This document shows, piece by piece, positions 57,845-64,000 of a DNA stretch of 64,000 bases. Source of the DNA: Myxococcales bacterium (lineage in GTDB: Bacteria; Myxococcota_A; Polyangia; Polyangiales; DASUME01); contig JASGJH010000001.1 in the NCBI GenBank assembly GCA_047601445.1, forward strand, positions 1,344,001-1,408,000, read 5' to 3'. Both the position numbers and the translations under genes were made by a program. Within the stretch, counting starts at the first letter, position 1; each line of letters starts with the position of its first letter. The notes under the pieces are model-generated. The model had not been told where the DNA came from. It did not search any database and saw only the letters and a list, made by a program, of their open reading frames with translations.

Positions 57845-58477
57845 CTAGAATCTTCCGTGCACTCCGGGGGTCCACACAGGTGAACCGCTCACATCTCGAG
57901 CTACGCCGAGGTTGGCCTGCACGCCGCGAGCGGGCCGTCGGAGTTGGCCCTGGAGGACGCCAGTGACGATGCCCACGCCGGCACCCGCGATGGTCCCTAC
58001 CGCGGTGCCGATCAGCGCGGCCTCGGGACTCTCCGTGTTGAGCGCAGCGAGTCCTCCACAGCTGGCCCCGAGTGCGGCTCCCAGGGTAACCCCGAGCAAC
58101 AGGTCGCGCATCACGTACTGGCCCCAGCCACGTCCATCGTAGTCGAGCGCACCCACGGCGACGCCCAATCCCGTGCCCACCAAGGCGCCGATGATGCTTC
58201 CCGTCAGCAAGGGCCGCCAGTCGTCGCGCTGCACTCCATCGCCCCGCACGCTGAGATAGCCGATCGCGAGGCCCGTGAGGCTTCCCGCGAAGAAGCCACG
58301 GGCACCCTGGCTGAGTAGACTCGGCGCGACCGGCTCGCCGGGAGTGAGCACGATCGTGGTGCTCCCGACGGGCACGGGCGGTTGCTGAACCACCACGACT
58401 GGGTCGTGCGCCAGGGCCACGCAAGAGATCCACCAAACCATCGCAAACGTCGAAAGCCAACACCATGCACGCGACAT
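57845..58477 (-). CDS. Exported Gly-rich membrane hypothetical protein
   Basis: Signal peptide, several GxxxG helices, terminal GRF. Confidence 0.65.
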   Translation of the reverse strand: MSRAWCWLSTFAMVWWISCVALAHDPVVVVQQPPVPVGSTTIVLTPGEPVAPSLLSQGARGFFAGSLTGLAIGYLSVRGDGVQRDDWRPLLTGSIIGALVGTGLGVAVGALDYDGRGWGQYVMRDLLLGVTLGAALGASCGGLAALNTESPEAALIGTAVGTIAGAGVGIVTGVLQGQLRRPARGVQANLGVARDVSGSPVWTPGVHGRF

Positions 58478-58564
58478 CGTTCCTCCGTGCACTGCGGCAA
58501 TGGGCGCGACAGGCACGTGAGTTGAACACCGCACGAGGGGATGCGTGTCACCTGCGGGTTGATC

Positions 58565-60008
58565 TCACAGCCGCACGCCGATCACGAATCCAGGCCAAAG
58601 GAGGACGCGGGTGTTTGCACCAGCCCGCGTTAGCTCGCGCGCGGGCAGCGCGAAGCCAGGGCGCACCGCACGCTCGAGATCGCGCTCCACGAGCAGGCTC
58701 AAGGCCGGACCAGCGAGCACACTGAAGTGGCGATGCAGATTCAGGCGCAGCATGGCGCGCAGTTGGAACAACGCGTTCGGCACGCCGCTGCGCCAGCCCG
58801 ACCAGGGTTGCACCGCGTGCGCAGCCAGGTCGACATCGAAGTCGAGCCACTCGCTCTTCAGGTTGGCTTTGGCGCCGAGGCCTGCCCCCAGCGAATAGCT
58901 GTGGTCGCCGCCCACGGGGTGCACGCCGAAGGCCACGAAGCTGTAGTTGTAGCGAGCGTCGAAGCGCACGGCCGTGGTCACGAGCGCGTTGTCCCCCATA
59001 CTGAGCTGGGGATGAACACCGCCCTTGCGTGTAATGCCGAGCACACCGAGAGAAACGTCGGCGTCGTCGGCGTAGTTCACCAGGCCGAGCTGGAGACCGC
59101 GCACCTCGGAGGCCGCGACGTTCATGCCGCCCACCTGCAAGCCGCGAACATGACGCGCCAGGTTAACCGCCCCGAGCTGAGCGCCCCGCATGTGACGGGC
59201 GAAGTTGATGCAGCCGAGCTGCACTCCGAGCGCGTGCCGGGCCACCAGGTTCATGGCGAGGGCCAGCTGAGCCCCCCTCGAGCTCACGAGCAAAAGTCAC
59301 GCTCGCTGCTTGCAAGCCCACCAGGTCTAGCCCTGCGATGGCGATCAATCCTGAGACCTGTGCCCCCTGACCGAGCGATCGCGCCACGTTGGCAAAGCCT
59401 GCGATGCTCAAGCCGGACAAGCGCTCGGCGTCCGTGAAGGCCAGCCCGAGCTGCAGACCACGCGCGTGGGCGCGAGCCCTTGTCCCGCCCAAGCTGAGCG
59501 CGAGACCTTCGAGCACATCGGGGTCGTCGTACAGCAGCGCGAGATCGAAGTGCGTGCCCATGGGCGTGTGCGCCGCGCGGCTCAAGGTCGAGTACGGCGG
59601 GATCAGAGCGGCGGCGAAGGGGACGAATGGGACGTCGTGTGCCCCCGTGCCGCGCAGCCGAGTTTTCTCGACGGGTTGCTCGGAGAAATCGGCCGGACTC
59701 ACCTGCACCGGCTGCCCCGCTCGAACCTGGACCTTGGCCACGCGCCGGTGAGCGCCGTCGGAGAGCGACAACACGTAGCTCCCGCTAGGCACCGCCAGCG
59801 CGAGCGCGCGTTCGGGCGTCGTCGCGACCTCCGCCACGAGGCCACCGCGCCCATCCCAGACGAAGAGACGCCCAGCCAGGCCACCAAGCACGCGCAGCTC
59901 CGACTCGGCCGTCCTCAGGTCGGTCAACACGAAGTCCCCGGTGCCGGCGAGCTGCATGTCGTAGGCCGCGTGCTGTGCTCCCGCCGCGGTAGAGCCCGTG
60001 CTGTGCAA
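58565..60008 (-). pseudogene. 5'-truncated caspase-family-associated protein with G-x-Q-L-G surface repeats, frameshift near 59275
   Basis: Begins at GAQHAAYDMQLAGTGDFVLTDLR; repeats GLQLG, GAQLGAVN, GLQVGGMN; barrel-like end WPGFVIGVRL. Confidence 0.6.
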
Positions 60009-60155
60009 GGCCCCGACGGTGTTACCCGCGGGGAGAGCTTTTTCGCGGGGCGCGGCACTTTAGCGGAACCCCCCGGGATCAAGCCTGTTCTTGTCGCATT
60101 TGGGACGCCAGCGTGCCGGTTTGCCGAAGTCGGGGGCATTGGCCAAGCTGGCCGC

Positions 60156-61070
60156 GTGCAGGTCCTAGCCGAACTCACATCCGCGAACTTGCCCCTCGAG
60201 CACCTCTCCATCCGCGCGCGCGGGCTCATGTTCCCCGCGCTCGCCTGCGGCACGGGTCCGCTGGTGCTTTGCCTCCATGGGTTCCCCGACACGTCGTTCA
60301 CATTTCGTCATCTGCTCCCCGCTCTGGCGGCCGCCGGGTACCGCGCGGTGGCGCCTGCCCTGCGCGGCTACGATCCGGCCTGCATGCCCCCGAGCCTGGG
60401 TGACGCCCATGCCGTCGAGGTCGCGCGGGATGCACTCGCGATCGTGGAAGCGCTCGGCGAATCGCGGGCACACTTGATCGGTCACGACTGGGGCGCCGTG
60501 GCGAGCTACCTGGCCGCCGCACTGGCCCCGGAACCATGGTCCTCCGTGACGACGCTGGCCATTCCGCACCCACTCGGCATCGTGGAGAACCTGCACCGCC
60601 TCCCCCGCCAGGCCCGCCACAGCTGGTACATGCTGTTCTTCCAGCTTCCGGCTATCGCCGAGCGCGCCGTAGCGGCGCGCGACTTCGCGCTCATCGAGCA
60701 GCTCTGGCGCACCTGGTCGCCCAGCTACCGCGCCGAGCCCGCCGAGCTGGCTCAGCTCAAGCAAGCCTTTCGACAGCCCGGCGTCGTGCCCGCCAGCCTG
60801 GCTTACTACCGCAACATGTTCGCGCTCACGGGCAAGCCGGCGCGCACGGCGATGGCGCTGCTCAAGGGGGTCATCCAGCCCCCCGTGCTCGCGATTTCGG
60901 GCAGCGAGGACGGCTGCATCGACACGCGCATGTTCGGGCTCGCGATGGGACCCGAGCGCTTCTCAAGCGTGGTCGTTGAGCAGCTGCTGGGGCTGGGGCA
61001 TTTCATGCACCTGGAAGATCCCGCTCGGATCGCCGCGCGCATCGTCTCCTGGCTGCAAGTGCACCCGTGA
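60156..61070 (+). CDS. Alpha/beta hydrolase (epoxide hydrolase-like)
   Basis: LHGFPD, RGYD, GHDWGA, SWYMLFFQ, GHFMHLE. Confidence 0.9.
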   Translation: MQVLAELTSANLPLEHLSIRARGLMFPALACGTGPLVLCLHGFPDTSFTFRHLLPALAAAGYRAVAPALRGYDPACMPPSLGDAHAVEVARDALAIVEALGESRAHLIGHDWGAVASYLAAALAPEPWSSVTTLAIPHPLGIVENLHRLPRQARHSWYMLFFQLPAIAERAVAARDFALIEQLWRTWSPSYRAEPAELAQLKQAFRQPGVVPASLAYYRNMFALTGKPARTAMALLKGVIQPPVLAISGSEDGCIDTRMFGLAMGPERFSSVVVEQLLGLGHFMHLEDPARIAARIVSWLQVHP

Positions 61071-62093
61071 ATGTCGCGCCGCCTGGGCGCGGATGTACTC
61101 GCTGGGCGTGCGACCCGTCCAGCGCTTGAAGGCGCGGTGGAAGGCACTGGGTTCGGAGAAGCCCAGGCGCTCCGAGAGCTCCTTGATGGCGACCGTGGGC
61201 AGCTGCATCTCGCGGATGGCGAGCGTGCGGCGCACCTCACCGAGTAGCTCGGCCAGTGGGACGCCTTCTTCGGCCAGACGGCGGCGCAAGATGCGCTCGG
61301 AGAGCCCTAGCGACGAGGCCAGCCGGGCGGCCTCGAACTGGCTCAGGTCCTGCTCGTGGTTCAGCAGCGTGCGGACGCGCTCGGAGAGCGAGCGCTGAGC
61401 GTGCGCCGCCAGCAGAATCTCCGCGTGGTCGCGCGAGGGTTCGAGCAACGGATTGTCCGCGTAGGCCTGCCGGGGTTCGTCGAGCAGGGCCCGCGGGAAC
61501 ACGATGCCATCCTCGCGCGCGTCGTAGTGCACGGCGCAACCGCAGTAAGACACGTGATCGGGGGAGCTGGAGGGGGCCTCCGCCGTGAGCGTGAGACGCA
61601 CCTTCGAGCCCACGTTGCGCGGTGACAGGCGCTCCCCCATGCGCAGCGCGATGCCGAGCACCGCTTCGATCGCAAAGCGCGCGTACTCGCCGTGAATCAT
61701 CGCGTGACACACGAAGCGCGCTTCGTCGCCCTGCTCCTGCAGGCTGAAGGTGAGCGGCTCGGCGATCAGCGATTGGTAGCGACAGAAGATGGTGATGGCG
61801 GCGCGCAAGGTCCCCGCGGAGCGCAGCAGGTGATTGAGCCAATGCAGCGCCATCAGCGGGAAGTGCTCGCCGACGCTCAAGGCCAGGGCGCGCTCGCCGC
61901 TCAGCTGGTGCGCGTTGCGAACGATTTGCTCCCACTCGGCGATGGTCACCGAAGCGCGCAGGTCCGCGAGACGTGCCTCATTGACTTGAGTGCCCGCCAG
62001 GGCCAAACGCTCGTCGATGCCGCGGCCACGCAGCTCCGAAAGTACGCCTCGCACAAGGAAGATGGACAAGTTCACGGCAGCACCCGTGTCCAT
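60963..62093 (-). CDS. AraC family transcriptional regulator
   Basis: N-terminal ligand-binding domain; LGLSERILRRRL, LGFSEPSAFHRAFKRWTGRTP. Confidence 0.9.
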   Translation of the reverse strand: MDTGAAVNLSIFLVRGVLSELRGRGIDERLALAGTQVNEARLADLRASVTIAEWEQIVRNAHQLSGERALALSVGEHFPLMALHWLNHLLRSAGTLRAAITIFCRYQSLIAEPLTFSLQEQGDEARFVCHAMIHGEYARFAIEAVLGIALRMGERLSPRNVGSKVRLTLTAEAPSSSPDHVSYCGCAVHYDAREDGIVFPRALLDEPRQAYADNPLLEPSRDHAEILLAAHAQRSLSERVRTLLNHEQDLSQFEAARLASSLGLSERILRRRLAEEGVPLAELLGEVRRTLAIREMQLPTVAIKELSERLGFSEPSAFHRAFKRWTGRTPSEYIRAQAARHSRVHLQPGDDARGDPSGIFQVHEMPQPQQLLNDHA

Positions 62094-62214
62094 GAGTCGC
62101 GCCGTGGTGGAGACTTTTGAAGGAAAATGGGGTTGGGGGTGGGTTTCGACGAACAGCCTTCGAGGCCGCCGCGTCGGGGGGGCCGGTGCCCCACCCGACC
62201 CCGCTTGATTTAGC

Positions 62215-63795
62215 TCACGATTTCGCCTGGATGAGGCCCATGGCTCGCTCGGCGAGGGCGGTGATGGTGAGCGATGGATTGACCCCCGGATTGGCCGACA
62301 CCGCGGCGCCGTCGATCACGAACAGCCCCGGGTAGCCGAACACGCGGTGCTGGGTGTCGATGACGCCCTCCTCGGCGTCGCGGCCCATGGCGCAACCCCC
62401 GAGGATGTGCGCGGTGGTCGGCGCCCCCACGACGGTCTCTGCGAACAAGCTGCCGAGCACACCGTTGACCTTTTCGGCGAAACGCTTGGCCAACGCCGAG
62501 GCCTCCGGGAGGTTGGCCGAGGGCGCACTCTTGGGGTCGTCGAGCTTGGACATCAGGCCCTCACGAAAGCCCGTGTAGATGCCGCGTCCGAGCTTCAGCG
62601 TGAGGGTCTCCTCGAGGGTCCTCATGTAGAGCAGCACCTGCGTCTTTTCGGCGTATTGCTTGATGGTGAAGGCGCGCGTCCAGCGGACCGGGTGGGCCAT
62701 CAGCTGGCCGATCGCCTTGCCGACGCGCACGAAGGCATTCTTGGCCGGCGCATGCGGGGCCATCAGGTTCCGGAAGAAGCTGGAGCCCGCGCCATAGCGC
62801 ACGGGCTCCAGGTGGCTGTGCTCGTCCGTGTGCAAGATGGATGTGATGGCGACGCCGCGGCTGAAGTCCTCGGGACTGTCTGGTGCCATCACGCCGATCA
62901 GCGACTCGTTGTTGGTGCGCACGCGCGCGCCGAGCTGCTTCGACAGCTTGGGCAAGCCCTGTGGGTCCTTCTGCATCGCGAGCAGGAGCGGCAACGTCCC
63001 CATGACACCGCCCGCGAAGACCACCTGATCGGCCGAGAAGGTGCGCGTGTCCGCCTGCGCCCCCGAACCGCGCGTCTCCACGCGGTAGCCTTGGCCCTCG
63101 GCCTTCGGCCGCACCGCGAGCACCTCGGTCTCGGCGAGGATCTCGGTGCCGAGCCGCTCCGCCAGATAGAGGTAGTTCCGATCGAGGGTGTTCTTGGCGC
63201 CGACGCGACAGCCGGTCATGCACGCACCGCACTCCGTACAACCCACGCGCGCGGGCCCCTTGCCGCCGAAGTAGGGATCCGCGACCTCCACCCCGGGTTT
63301 GCCGAAGAAGACCGCGACGTCGGTGGGATGGTGCTCCTCGGGACGCCCAATTTCCTGGGCAATCTGGGCCAGCACACGGTCGCCCGGGGTCTTACCGGGA
63401 TACGGCACGGCCCCCAACATGCGGCGGGCCGTCTGGTAGTGCGGCCCCAACTCGCGCTCCCAGTCGGCCAGATGAGACCACGAGGAAGCCTGAAAGAAGG
63501 ATCGCTTGGGCAAGGGCAAGGTGTTGGCATAGACCAGCGAACCACCGCCCACGCCCACGCCGTGCAGAATGGTAACGTGCTGGAGGAAAGTCATCTGGAA
63601 GATGCCGCGCGCGCCCAGCGCTGGCGCCCACATCCAGTTGCGAAACTCGGTGTTGTTGGCCGGAAAGTCGCGCAGCCCGAAGCGGCGACCCTTCTCGATG
63701 ACCAGCACACGAAAGCCCTTCTCGGCGAGGCGCAGAGCCGAGACGCTGCCGCCGAAGCCCGAGCCGATCACGATCCAGTCGTAGTGCTCTTGCAT
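62215..63795 (-). CDS. GMC oxidoreductase, cholesterol oxidase (ChoD)-like
   Basis: IGSGFGGSV, GVGGGSLVYAN, CTECGACMTGC, AKNTLD, AHILGG, GVNPSLTITALAER. Confidence 0.9.
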   Translation of the reverse strand: MQEHYDWIVIGSGFGGSVSALRLAEKGFRVLVIEKGRRFGLRDFPANNTEFRNWMWAPALGARGIFQMTFLQHVTILHGVGVGGGSLVYANTLPLPKRSFFQASSWSHLADWERELGPHYQTARRMLGAVPYPGKTPGDRVLAQIAQEIGRPEEHHPTDVAVFFGKPGVEVADPYFGGKGPARVGCTECGACMTGCRVGAKNTLDRNYLYLAERLGTEILAETEVLAVRPKAEGQGYRVETRGSGAQADTRTFSADQVVFAGGVMGTLPLLLAMQKDPQGLPKLSKQLGARVRTNNESLIGVMAPDSPEDFSRGVAITSILHTDEHSHLEPVRYGAGSSFFRNLMAPHAPAKNAFVRVGKAIGQLMAHPVRWTRAFTIKQYAEKTQVLLYMRTLEETLTLKLGRGIYTGFREGLMSKLDDPKSAPSANLPEASALAKRFAEKVNGVLGSLFAETVVGAPTTAHILGGCAMGRDAEEGVIDTQHRVFGYPGLFVIDGAAVSANPGVNPSLTITALAERAMGLIQAKS

Positions 63796-63841
63796 GGGCG
63801 GGAAGCTACCACGCGAAGGCCCTCGAGGAGAGCCACGGGCA

Positions 63842-64000
63842 TCAATCCACCAGTGTAAGGTCGCGTTCCACCGGCAACACTTCGGCCAGCTCGGTGAACA
63901 GCCCTTCGTACTCGGTCACGGCCACCATGGGCCGCTCCAGCACCACCAGCGCACGCGGCCCGTCGTTGTCTGCAGACAGCAACTTGAGCACGAAGCCGTG
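63842..64000 (-). CDS. 3' end of a CDS running off the window (product unknown)
   Basis: Open frame HGFVLKLLSADNDGPRALVVLERPM...DLTLVD* with GC-rich third positions. Confidence 0.5.
   Translation of the reverse strand, partial: HGFVLKLLSADNDGPRALVVLERPMVAVTEYEGLFTELAEVLPVERDLTLVD

Noticed and set aside
62128..62202. G-rich tract as a G-quadruplex or REP element
   Set aside because: Better explained as an imperfect hairpin after the GMC gene; no second copy in the window

Overview
A GC-rich bacterial window that reads as Myxococcota (Polyangiales-like), judged from its Ser/Thr kinases with PEGA domains, an FHA-sigma54 activator, Cys-rich lipoproteins and an ECF/TPR anti-sigma pair. The left half (1-33.6 kb) is mostly core genes: HU-like, ybeY, a degenerate accC paralogue, eno, sppA, mutS2, mutL-miaA, ilvD, gcvT-H-PA, lon and tRNA-Val(TAC). 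After the tRNA the region is accessory and partly decayed, with two candidate novel systems. (1) 34.1-42.2 kb: an ECF sigma, a TPR anti-sigma and a beta-barrel-like protein, flanked by two distantly related secreted jelly-roll proteins, then an atypical MauG/bCcP-family di-heme enzyme with His at the MauG Tyr294 position and Arg at the Ca2+-ligand Asn; two genes share a 28-bp promoter-like motif. (2) 42.3-47.6 kb: an organosulfur-type cluster (class II aldolase-like, signal-less DszB-like protein, esterase, two SsuD-like LLM monooxygenases) with a shared upstream TAGACAC motif. Six genes have single-base frameshifts, five at or next to GATC; these are probably long-read errors that may reflect GATC methylation. 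No CRISPR array, rRNA, integrase or transposase was seen. All family assignments come from motif recognition by eye, not database searches.
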